Part shown: positions 1 to 10,300 of the stretch, piece after piece | Layout: each line of letters begins with the position of its first letter | How positions within the stretch are numbered: position 1 is the first letter of the stretch | DNA from: Klebsormidium nitens | Lineage: Eukaryota; Plantae; Klebsormidiophyceae | DNA length: 57,003 bases | NCBI GenBank assembly: GCA_000708835.1 | Contig: DF237527.1 | Span: forward strand, 1-57,003 | Reading direction: 5' to 3' | Notes under the pieces: model-generated | The model's database searches: none | Told to the model about the DNA's origin: nothing | Seen by the model: the letters and a program-made list of their open reading frames with translations, nothing else | Program-made: the position numbers and the translations under genes

Positions 1-381
1 ATCTGGTAAGCGTCTCCATAACCTAGCTTTCGACAGATTGCCAGAAAAGGGGCTAGGCGGGTACGCCTAGACCCAGGGTTATCATAGTGCTCTAGAACAC
101 GTTCAACAATCTTTTGAGCTTTGCTCTTCACCCACGAGGGATCCTCTGGCATTTTTTCCTCGAAACACATCTGCCAAAGGAGCTGAATCCCCTTAAGGTA
201 CTGCTCCGTGGAGCTTTCGCTTCTAATCCCATCATCCAAGATCTTTCTGAGAGTGTCCACAGTTATCTTCGTCTAGTCCCATGCAAGATAATTGATTGAA
301 GACATTTCCCCTTCCGCATCAACTTATTTAAAAATGATCCGTCACAATAAAATGACATCGAAATCCTTCTCAAACGGTTAT

Positions 382-456
382 TTTCTAGAAACTGCGGGCG
401 GGGGCCTGAAAAATCTTTAGAAATCTCGAGATTTCTCAAGAGAATAACTAGTTATT
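382..456. other. Cluster of three perfect palindromes
   Basis: TTTCTAGAAA (382-391), AGAAATCTCGAGATTTCT (419-436) and AATAACTAGTTATT (443-456), with a GC-rich GCGGGCGGGGGC stretch between the first two. Read directly from the sequence. Confidence 0.9.
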
Positions 457-466
457 TAAAAGGCAG

Positions 467-1126
467 TTGACACTTTTTCACTGTCTCTCCGCATGCGTTT
501 TACAACATATGCACTATATAGTATGGCTTGTAGCTGATGATTTGCGGGCCTGCACAAGATGTAATGCATTAGTGGGCCGAACTTCGGAATTATTTTCGGC
601 GATCTCATCATCACAAGTGCATCAGGACAAGTATATGGAGTCCACAAAACGAAGCTTCCGTGTAAATGCTGCCTACGATGCAAAGGGGAATGATACCCTC
701 GCTCTGTTGAAGGATACGCGACTCGAGTTTGACGCACAGAAGGGTCGCGTCTGTCAAGCGGGGGCTCGAGCAGGATCCCAGCTTTTTCGTACTCAAAAGT
801 GCCAGGGGAAAAAGGTCTCCCTTCCACAAAAGATGGTAGTTCTGATCCAAGAAACCACACGAGGTTCCACAAACAAGAAGTACGGATACTCGGTTGAAAT
901 CGGTCCGGTGAAGAAAAGTAATCGTCCAACAGGTCTGCCATCTGAAGGAACTTTTCAGAGCACGGCAACAAAGATGGATGTTGAAGATATAGAAAGTATA
1001 AATTCTCCGAAGAGAAATTCAAGGGCGAAAACCACTCGCAAGCCCACGAGAAAAACCGTTGGAAAGAAGGCAACTCCGAGAAGGAGAGCAGAATCGGTCG
1101 ACTCCAATTCCGATTCCGAGTCATAA
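467..1126 (+). CDS. Hypothetical intronless ORF (219 aa) with a Lys/Arg-rich and then acidic C-terminus
   Basis: Open frame in the ORF track, with a basic low-complexity tail (RKPTRKTVGKKATPRRR) ending in SDSES. No recognisable family motif. Confidence 0.3.
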   Translation: MTLFHCLSACVLQHMHYIVWLVADDLRACTRCNALVGRTSELFSAISSSQVHQDKYMESTKRSFRVNAAYDAKGNDTLALLKDTRLEFDAQKGRVCQAGARAGSQLFRTQKCQGKKVSLPQKMVVLIQETTRGSTNKKYGYSVEIGPVKKSNRPTGLPSEGTFQSTATKMDVEDIESINSPKRNSRAKTTRKPTRKTVGKKATPRRRAESVDSNSDSES

Positions 1127-1905
1127 TCCGATCACTCGCAAAGATCCGAGGTGATCTGCAAATGCATGAACAAGAGATGTCATATTGTCGTGGCGTGATA
1201 AGGATTCGGGTATCCCCGTTTGCCGAGGCGTCCTGATCTAACTCCTGTTCTACACACTCCGGCCATATCGCACGCTTACTAGCATCACCCATATGTCACC
1301 ATCGATTCTGACGTACGGTCCATCCAAGACGCATGTTCGTCAAGATATATCAACTCATTTTACACACATAAGCTATCATTACAACGCTTGTAACAACCCT
1401 CATTGTGGGAAACATTTGCATGCTTCATGCCAATGCGATTGGAAAGAATTGCTTGCGTTCATATCAAACTTCGTAAGGTAGGGCACGCATTGAGCGACTT
1501 GAAACTTTCGCTGCCAGATCTGTAGGGCCCAAGCCATACGCATGCACTCCAGATTGCACAAAATGGTCTACATGTAGTTATTGACTCCTAGTATCAAATA
1601 TCCAACCAATTGCAAGGTGTATCTAACAGTAAGCAAGCCTTGCCAGAGCTTTACTTTCAGGAGCAGATTGCAAGCAGCAGATGCAATAAACGGCGCACTC
1701 GCTATCATGGATTACAACAAGGCTGGGGTTGTTTATAGCTTGAGGGGACCACAATCTAGAGCAAGACAACAAGCAAGCTGTAAGCTAGCTACACCGTCTC
1801 AAATACTTTACAGATTTTGCCGGATACCATCCACAAGGCGGCTACTAAAAGGTAGCCTATCCAAATTGCTCGACTTGCTGTACACGCTAAGCTTCTCCTT
1901 GATTA

Positions 1906-4488
1906 CTACTCTTCATCCTCCTCTCTTGGACCTACGGTGATACCGCACCTCTTATGCTGGACAAGTTCCGGCCACTCAAACGAGAGCCGCTCCACATACT
2001 CCCGCAGGACCACCGGGATCCTGTTCTTGAGAGCCTCTGAAGCCTCCAAACGGAGCTTCAATAACTGAGCCATCAGGTCTACCCCCAGGGGCCCTTGCAC
2101 AAGGCTGAGTCGTAGTCCGAGGGTCTCGCGAGAGACACCAACCTCCATATCGGTAGAGCCGTTTCCGCTTTCCGTTCTTTGAACCCTTCACATCCCCCAC
2201 CTCCTTTCTGCCAAACTTCTTTGCCTCCAAGCGCAATCCTAACGTCGAAAAGACGTGGTTTAGAGCAATTGTGGCTGTCTTCTGGGATGCCAGCACGTCA
2301 GAGATGCTAGCTGCTCGAGCATGGAACAATTTGACGTTCTCTGAGTAGTCCCGGAAGAAGGCGGTTCCGGCCAGACGCGACCTGAGCGTGCTAAGAGTAT
2401 CGGTTTCGTGAGCAGAATCAAGCGCGTGCTCGAAACCCATGACCGCCAAGAGCTCTCTCGCCATGGCTGCCATCTGAGGAGGATACATATGCCGCCCAAT
2501 CTCATTTCTGTCGTACTTGAAGTCTTCATCGATTACTTGCTCCAGGAAGTCGAGTGCTTGGATTGGCTTCGGCCCAAAGGTCCGCAAGAATTCCTCGCTG
2601 AGGAATGGCACGTCGTAGAACCGTGCCAGCAGAAACTTCTCCATCTGCACCGACTCCCCTTCCCGGTTCTGGTACATTCGAGTCCGCGCTTCGATGTCAG
2701 CGAACTCCGCTGGCGCGATGTTAGGGGCGCAGATCATCTCTTCCAGAAGATACTTGGCCCCACGCTCCCTTTCTTCCGAAGAGCCCGGATTCTCTTCGAC
2801 CGCCTCTTCGTCAACCAACTCCTCATCGCAGACGTCCTTGACAATGTGGCCGTCCTCCTGCAGCAAGTCCGTGAACTCCTCGTAGAAATGCGTTTGTCCG
2901 TTGAAGATCTCCTTTTCATTGTGAGTGAGAAGACGGGTTGTCGGATGCACACAGTTCAGCCCGCCCCTCCGATTTTGGTTGAGAAACCACTGATAGGTCT
3001 CTTCGAGCCCCAACCTTGCCTTCCTACCCGACTTGCTCCTCTTCGTCATGGACCCGCCCTCCAAGGGCCTTGGTACGATGGGCAGCCAGATGCCCTCCTG
3101 AACATAACACATGACTCGTTGATCTTCCAACTTTCGTACACGCCCCTTCATCTGATCGAGGCCCCGCGGGTGCGTACTCTTCTGGCAGATGTACATGAAC
3201 ATCTGATGAAACCAGTCCTGATTGAAATCCACGCCTGCTTCAACAGTGGGGCTGATGATCACAAGCTGCTTCCGCCACTGCGTATTCACGTCCTGCAGCC
3301 CTCGTTTGACTTCACCGTCCGAGTGCCGGGTGATGATCAGGATCTGGTCATCCGCGACAAGACTCTTCTTCAAGACCGCCGCCCCCAACTCTCGCGCTTT
3401 TTCTGAGGACATGCTCACGACAAAGACGTTGCGCCCAGCCCCGAGTGCCTCAAAAATTGCCCCCTCCCACTTGTCAAGCCCTTCGTTCTTGCCGTGAAGG
3501 AATTCAAACTCGAGGGGCCTCTCGGGGGCATGCTTGTTGACCACCACGGGGCTGCAGGATATCTCGTGCATCGTCAGGAACTCGTACGTCCGTTGCCCCA
3601 GGTGCCCGTCCAAGCAGATGATCCGCCGCGCTNNNNNNNNNNNNNNNNNNNNNNNNNNNNNNNNNNNNNNNNNNNNNNNNNNNNNNNNNNNNNNNNNNNN
3701 NNNNNNNNNNNNNNNNNNNNNNNNNNNNNNNNNNNNNNNNNNNNNNNNNNNNNNNNNNNNNNNNNNNNNNNNNNNNNNNNNNNNNNNNNNNNNNNNNNNN
3801 NNNNNNNNNNNNNNNNNNNNNNNNNNNNNNNNNNNNNNNNNNNNNNNNNNNNNNNNNNNNNNNNNNNNNNNNNNNNNNNNNNNNNNNNNNNNNNNNNNNN
3901 NNNNNNNNNNNNNNNNNNNNNNNNNNNNNNNNNNNNNNNNNNNNNNNNNNNNNNNNNNNNNNNNNNNNNNNNNNNNNNNNNNNNNNNNNNNNNNNNNNNN
4001 NNNNNNNNNNNNNNNNNNNNNNNNNNNNNNNNNNNNNNNNNNNNNNNNCAGATGATCCGCCGCGCTCTTTTCATCATATCAATAAAAAGCTGAATGACTC
4101 TGTGCCTCTCTCGAAGCGTGTCTGCCGAGAAGTGTGCCAAAATGGACTCGCATTCGTCCAGAACGAGCAGGTCGAACGCGGGGGCATCCTCGTCATCTTC
4201 AGCGAGCAGCCCGGGCAGGCTGTCCAGCTGGACGATGACGCGGGGATGGAGTTCCCGGTCGGCAAGAGGGTGGATGAAGCGGTCGCCGAGCATACACCCC
4301 TCCGCCTGCTTGAGATCCTCGTGGTGGGAGAACGTCTGGTGCTTGCCTGCCGCGTCAAGAGCTTGCGTGCGGCGGTAAGTAATCATGCAGATCTGGAGAC
4401 CTCAGCGAGAAGAGCCGCAAGAAGCATGCTTTTGCCGCTCCCCATGGGACTCCTGATCGGCAGAGTCTTGTACCGGCCCTCCAGCCAC
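1906..4488 (-). CDS. Exon encoding a UL9/origin-binding-protein-like superfamily 2 helicase
   Basis: Walker A SPMGSGKS (4428-4448), ITYRRTQA, Walker B LLVLDECES, RIICLDGHL (after closing the gap), VIISPTVEAGVDF and DQMKGRVRKL. These match the motif pattern of herpesvirus UL9 and NCLDV origin-binding helicases. Acceptor tgcag at 4489. Confidence 0.85.
3633..4048. other. Assembly gap (N run), probably spurious
   Basis: The same 18-mer CAGATGATCCGCCGCGCT flanks both sides (3615-3632 and 4049-4066). Merging the two copies restores MMKRARRIICLDGHLGQRT. Confidence 0.85.
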
Positions 4489-5566
4489 CTGCACGAAGGG
4501 GTGAGACAGGAATTTGAATCAATCTTCCAAAGCCAGTCAACCAGCAAAGTTAAGCGGCAACGTCCCTTTCCTCAAACATGGCCTACACCTTGCAAAAGGC
4601 AGAAGCCTGGATCCCTTATTTCCAATGACAGGGTGTAGACTAGCGGGGGGGCAAGTGCCCATGTGCCCATGTGACTGTTTTCCCTATCGCGGGGTGCGAT
4701 CGGATGTGTTTTTAAGGCCTACATCTTGCAAATGGCGAAAGACCGAACTTCCTGACTCCAATGACAAGGTGTGGGCCCGTTCAAACATTCCAGCCACTCC
4801 AAACTCACAGAGCTGCTTCCTGGACTGACCAAGCAGCCTGTTCTCATTTTCCAAGTGGACTACACTTTGCTGATGGTGACTCTTTTCCCTAGATTCCAAG
4901 AACGATGTGTGGGCCCGTTCGCACTTTCCAGCCACTCATTAAAGCCAACTTCAAACCCACAAACATTTCCTGAATCGGCCCAGCAACCGCTTCTCCGCTG
5001 GAAACCTGGCCTACACCTTGCAAGTGGCAGAATACTGCACTCCTTTCTCTCCAATAACAAGGTGTGGGCCAGTTCAAACGTTCCACCAGCCACTCATCCG
5101 AGATTTCGATCTCGATAAACCTGCTTCCCACCCTGACCAAGCAGCCTCTTCTCATCGGAATCTCGATAAACCTGCTTCCCTCCCTGACCAAGCAGCCTCT
5201 TCTCATCTTTCAGAATGGCCTACACTTTGCCAATGGTGAAAAACCTGTGTTCCTTAGATCCCAACGACGATGTGTGGAGGGCGGTTCAAACTTTCCAGCC
5301 ACTCGTTCAAGCCACTTCGACATCACAACCCTTTCCTGAATTGGCCCAGCAGCTGCTTCTCTTCACACCTATCGATAAAGCACCTGGCCTACACCTTGCA
5401 AATGGCAAAACCCTGAATTCCTTATTTCCAATGACAAGGTATAGATCCGTTCATCAGAATCTTGAAGTGAGAGACTGGTCAGCGACCAGACTCGCGGCAC
5501 TGACAAAAGCGACGCTGCCACACTCCCAGATGACGGCTCAGTGAAAGTATGAGTGCACAGCCTCAC
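4489..5566 (-). other. 1078-bp spliceosomal intron between the primase and helicase exons, containing six hairpin repeats
   Basis: Donor AA|GTGAG at 5566 and acceptor ttcgtgcag|G at 4489. The phase-2 join gives ...DIVNK-WLEGRYKTLPIRSPMGSGKS. Confidence 0.8.
5109..5207. repeat. Near-perfect 48-bp tandem duplication
   Basis: 5109-5156 and 5160-5207 (ATCTCGATAAACCTGCTTCCCWCCCTGACCAAGCAGCCTCTTCTCATC). Confidence 0.9.
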
Positions 5567-6867
5567 TTGTTCACGATGTCGTTGAAGACCACCTTGTCAG
5601 TCAAAGGGCGGACCCCGGCACGGATCAGCGCCAGATCCATGGGTGCGGCAGCCAGCGGGTCCCGATCCAGGTACTTCAGGTCGATCTCGGCAGCACCATC
5701 CTTCCAGGTCTCGTTGTCCACCCAGTAGGGCCCGAGGTACTTGGCCGGCAGGTTCTTGCAGCACACACCCGTCTCTGGATCGACCCGCTCGCTGCTGCAC
5801 ACCGCGAACACGGCGTTCCTCTCGCAATCCGCGACACAGAGGATGTCCCGCCCCCCAGCATGCACATGCCCTGAGTAGCATGGCTCGCTCCGATCATGCC
5901 AGCTAAAGTTCAGCGAGTTTGCCGAACCCCTGTGGTACGCCGTTGGGTGCAGATTCTGGATGAGCTCTGTGCACCGCTGCACCTCATACATGCTCGCAGC
6001 TCTGGGGTTTAGGTGGCCTGGATTCTCCGGCCTCTCGCGCGGGCGCACTGCTCTTAACAGGACGTCGGGGACCTTGATCGCTTGAACGTGGTCATCGAAC
6101 CAGGTAATGCAGGCGTCCGCGTACGGCTTACTCTCGTCCAAGGGAATCAGGCGGCTGTGGGGGTTAGAGGGTTTCGAACAGAAGGGGAGTCGGATCCCCC
6201 GGTTCCTGGTGTAGACCGATTGATCAATGAGCTCGGCGTAGCAGTCCGGCAAGCGCAGACCGAACTTCCTCGCGAGATGCCCCGCTCCTTGGGGGTCCGC
6301 CGGGGGCGCCAGGTTGGAGCGGTAGACAAACTGGGGGGAGTGGGAGGAGATGACCAGGTGCAAGCTGAATTTGCCGCCTGGCCCATAGTCGCAGGGGATC
6401 CAATTGAAGGCTTCCTTTGGGAGCTCCAGGCCGTATTCCGATTCGAAGATGGCCTTGATTGCCTCCTCGAAGGCGCCAATAACCGTCTCGAGGGTTTCCC
6501 CGTCCGGCAGGCCCCCATCTCGTTCCAGATCCAGGTACGGCTTGCAGGGACACCCCGCTTTGATGGCTTCCTCCAGGTGAAGCTCGTCGCGCAGGTTGGG
6601 GTAGGCTGAGGGCCAATCCGGGTAAGACCCAAACTCCCGGGAGGGACGCAGGCGACGGATTTCGACCTGATGGCCAAGGACTTCCCCGTGACGACGGCAG
6701 CAACCCTGCGGCCCGTTCTTCGCGTCCTGGTAGTCGACCTTGTCGTCGAACTTGCGCTTGGCGAAGAAGAAGGTGCCCAGCTCCGCCTTCTTGACGGTCA
6801 GCAACTTCCCGCCGTGCTCCTCGTGGACCACGATCTGGCCAGGGCGAGGGTCCACTGACGAACCATC
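5567..6867 (-). CDS. Exon encoding a PrimPol/herpes-NCLDV-type archaeo-eukaryotic primase domain plus Zn finger
   Basis: AEP motif I KPYLDLE, motif II KFSLHLVI and motif III IDQSVYTRNRGIRLP...K. These are followed by C-x4-H-x-H...C...C (EPCYSGHVH...VCSSERV...CCK), resembling the PrimPol/UL52 Zn finger. The ORF-track 'start' ATGCAG at 6873 is really an acceptor (catgcag|GAT). Confidence 0.85.
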
Positions 6868-7353
6868 CTGCATGAGAGAAACCAGACTGTGTCACTGCTT
6901 GGAGACATACAGCGGCTCCGGAAATCCTTACTTAGAGAAAACGCTGTCCTGAAGAAAGGCAGAATCTCATGTCTCTGACCGCAACAGCCGGTACTAGTGC
7001 CGAATCTCAGTCAGCTCGACCGCAATGACCAGGGGAATTGCGACAGGGCACGACTGCTCCGAGAAGCAGCCTTGAACAGATCGACGACCTTCATCAGATA
7101 TGCAAGCACAGTGATACGAAAAAGACTGACCACCCTTTTTGGAGGGGTTCGCAGAGGACGGCAACTTCGAGGACGGGATCCGGTCTCACTCACTACCTAC
7201 GTTACCCGTCTTCTGGACAAGGAGCCTGAAGACCTCGACTACAATGGAGAAGATGACAACATGCTGTTTGACAAAGAAGATCTCTCTAGACTGTGCTTAA
7301 ACATGTGATCACACTGAGCATTAGTTGACGTCTTTGGTGCAATTCAGACTTAC

Positions 7354-10300
7354 ATCTTCGATGGAAGCCTGATCTCGGGGTCGAGAAGGCTCGTTCCGAG
7401 TGGGGGCTGTGCTGGGTTGGCCGGCATCCACAACAGGGGGGGGCGTGGCTGCGCTATTGAGATCTCGAGCGGCAAACCCCCGGAGCTGCTGCCGCTCGTC
7501 CTGGCTCCCCTCAAAACCCTGCAAAGCGCACGCTGGGATCAGAAACTTGCTTTCGAGTCTACTCTCACCTTCCAAAAACAGCTTGCTTTGGCCTACACCT
7601 TGCAGATGGCTGAAGACTGCTCTCTTTAATTCCAATGACAAGGTGTGGACCGGGGGCAGGGCACGTGCACATCATCGTTTGCCAATCCCTGTGTAATCGG
7701 ATTTGCTTCTGGCCTACACCTTGCGGATGGTAAAAGACTAGGTTCCTTATTTCCAATGACAGGGTGTGGACCAGAGGCGGGGCACATACGTTGTGATCTG
7801 AGCGGTCATTACTAAGCATCTTCTAAGCAGCTTGGGACTTACATCTTCGAAGGAAGCCTCGCTATCCAATCGAGGAGGCTCGTTCGGGTTGGGGGATGTG
7901 TTGCGTTGGCCGGCCATCACATCAGGGGGCGGGATGGTTGCGCGGCTAACAACCTCAGCTGCGATCGCCTGGAGCTGCTGGCGCTCGTCCGAGCCCTCGC
8001 CCCGTCCTGGTTGAAGGTCCTGCACATATACGCATGATTGGTCAGAGCGAGTCAGCACTCTACAAAAAAGCGCCGCACTTTCAAAACCTTCCTTCCTTGT
8101 GTCCATACCTTGCAGCTGACCAGAACATAATCCACGGATGCGGAGATCAGGGCATGAATTATGGGTTTGAACGAGTCGACAACGAGAAGAGGCTAGGTTC
8201 CCGTGGACAAGTACGTGCTCACTGTGTGCTGACCGCGCCAGGGTTGGGAATGCTTCTGGCCTACACCTTGCAAACGGCGAAAGACTGAACTCTTTAACTC
8301 CACTAACAAGGTGTGGACCAACTCCCGGTTCCTATATGGAGAAACGGGCCCTCGTCCGTGACAGTCTGCTCTCGATCGAGCTTGAATCTCATGGTCCAGA
8401 CAGGTTACATAAGCTCATGTGCATTGACAAGGTGCAAACGGCATGAAAGGCATGAGAATGTCTCTGCGCAATTGGGACTTACAGCTTCGATTGAAGCCCA
8501 GGCTGCCGATCGAGAAGGCAGATCGAAGTTGGGGGCTGCGCTGGGCTCGCCAGCTTCTGCGCCGGGGGCCAGGCTCGTTGCGCTGCTGAGATTGTCGGGA
8601 GGGATCCCTGGGAACCGCTGGCACGCATCCTGACCCCTCTCAAATTCCTGCAAAAACGCTGATGTCGGAATCAAACACTAACAAACGAGCCTGCCCTCGA
8701 TTCTCAGAACACGGCTTGCTGTGGCCTACACCTTGCAGATGGCACAAGACTTGGATCCTTACTTCCATTGACAAGGTGTGGACCAGAGGCAGGGCACGTG
8801 CCTGCCATCGAATAGCCAACCGCTGTATGGTCAGGCTCGCTTGTGGCCTACACCTTGCAAATGGCTGAAGAATGATTTCCTTATTTCTAATGACAAGGTG
8901 TGGACCAAAGGCAGGGCACGTGCCTGCCATCGAATAGCCAAACGCTGTATGCTCGGGCTCGCTTATGGCCTACACCTTGCATCTGGCGAACACTGGTTTC
9001 CTTATAACTGATGACAAGGTGTAGACCAGAGGCGCGTGCCCACCATGCCCGTCCGCACTCAGGCTTGAGCTTGCGTCCAAGAACGACCCAACATGTCGGA
9101 CCCAAAGGTGACGCTGACATTCGATGCACTGCTTGACCGTGCATGCCTACACCCTCATGATCGCCCTGACACCAACCTAAACCTGCATGCTAAGCTCGCA
9201 TATCTGACCGTTGACGGATTAATGAAAGTCTCTAGATAAACCCAGCACGCGCATTCCCTGATACCGCCCGCCTCACCTCAGCCTGCCCAATCGCCTCCCG
9301 TGGACTGTGCTGTTGAGACTGGCGCATCGCTTTGTCGAAGTACCTGAAACGAATGAGAGCATATGGGTGAAAATTCAAATGAGAATCGTCGAAACTGCAC
9401 ACGGTGTGCTGTCCCGAAGTGCGTTTTCTGCCGCTGATCAGTCGACCTGCACCCGCATGACTCGAGTTATTCAAGAGCAGGGGCTCACTTGCGACCAGAC
9501 TGCTGCTCCTCTTCACGGACTTGGGCCACCGTCGCGTCCACGAACGGACGCTCGCCAGGTGCCTCTGCCGCAACTGCTTCTTGGGCGGCTCGATGCCCCC
9601 CTCCCTGCGCCTCGAACATCCGGCGCACCATCGCCTGCGAAAAGGAGCGAGTGCGTGTTTCCGTCAGATCTCCAAAGGTGACGGCTATTAAAGCCCATCT
9701 TGACGATGTTTCAACATCGCAGTCGATGTAGGTAAACGGCAGAAAGCAGATTGGCTTTCTCCAAGGAGATGTGCACAAAATTCTGCACCTTGGCAGCGAG
9801 GGGGTCCAATTGCGAAACCCAGAGATGAACGAGAGCCACATCAATGCGAGCCACAGCACTAAGAAACGCGCCAGCAAGGGCTGCGGGCGGCACTCTGGGA
9901 TCAGCCGAAAAGGGTCGCACCTCTTACCCGTTTGAAAGGGGCCTCAATCCCTTCAGAGTTCGAAAGTGAGCTTCACTAGCCGCCAAGATCTCCGCCCGAG
10001 CCCCCTCATCCACCGGGGCAGGGATTGGTTTCACACGCTTGCTGTGAGTGCAACGGGGAAGAAGCGAATCAGCGCCCGGCCAAAGCTTCCTCAGTCACAG
10101 GCCTGCTACACTGCAGAAAGCCGCCAGCACAAGGTTCCCATATCGACTCATGAGGCCTTCTCGGTGCTCTCCGTACCCATTGACTCGAGCAGACTGGATC
10201 TTGACATCGGGATCATTTGCAGAAGTGGAACCCAAGATGACAAACCAAGGAGCAACGGACTTACTGTAGCTTCTTCTTTGTCGGTCGACCAGTCTTTGGC

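Noticed and set aside
2408-3406. 332-aa plus-strand ORF and other long overlapping ORFs (e.g. 456-1292, 6224-6895, 6082-6609)
   Set aside because: Antisense or alternative-frame shadows of GC-rich coding sequence, with no recognisable motifs.
6997-7308. 103-aa plus-strand ORF nested in an intron of the primase-helicase gene
   Set aside because: No motif or support beyond length; compatible with chance.
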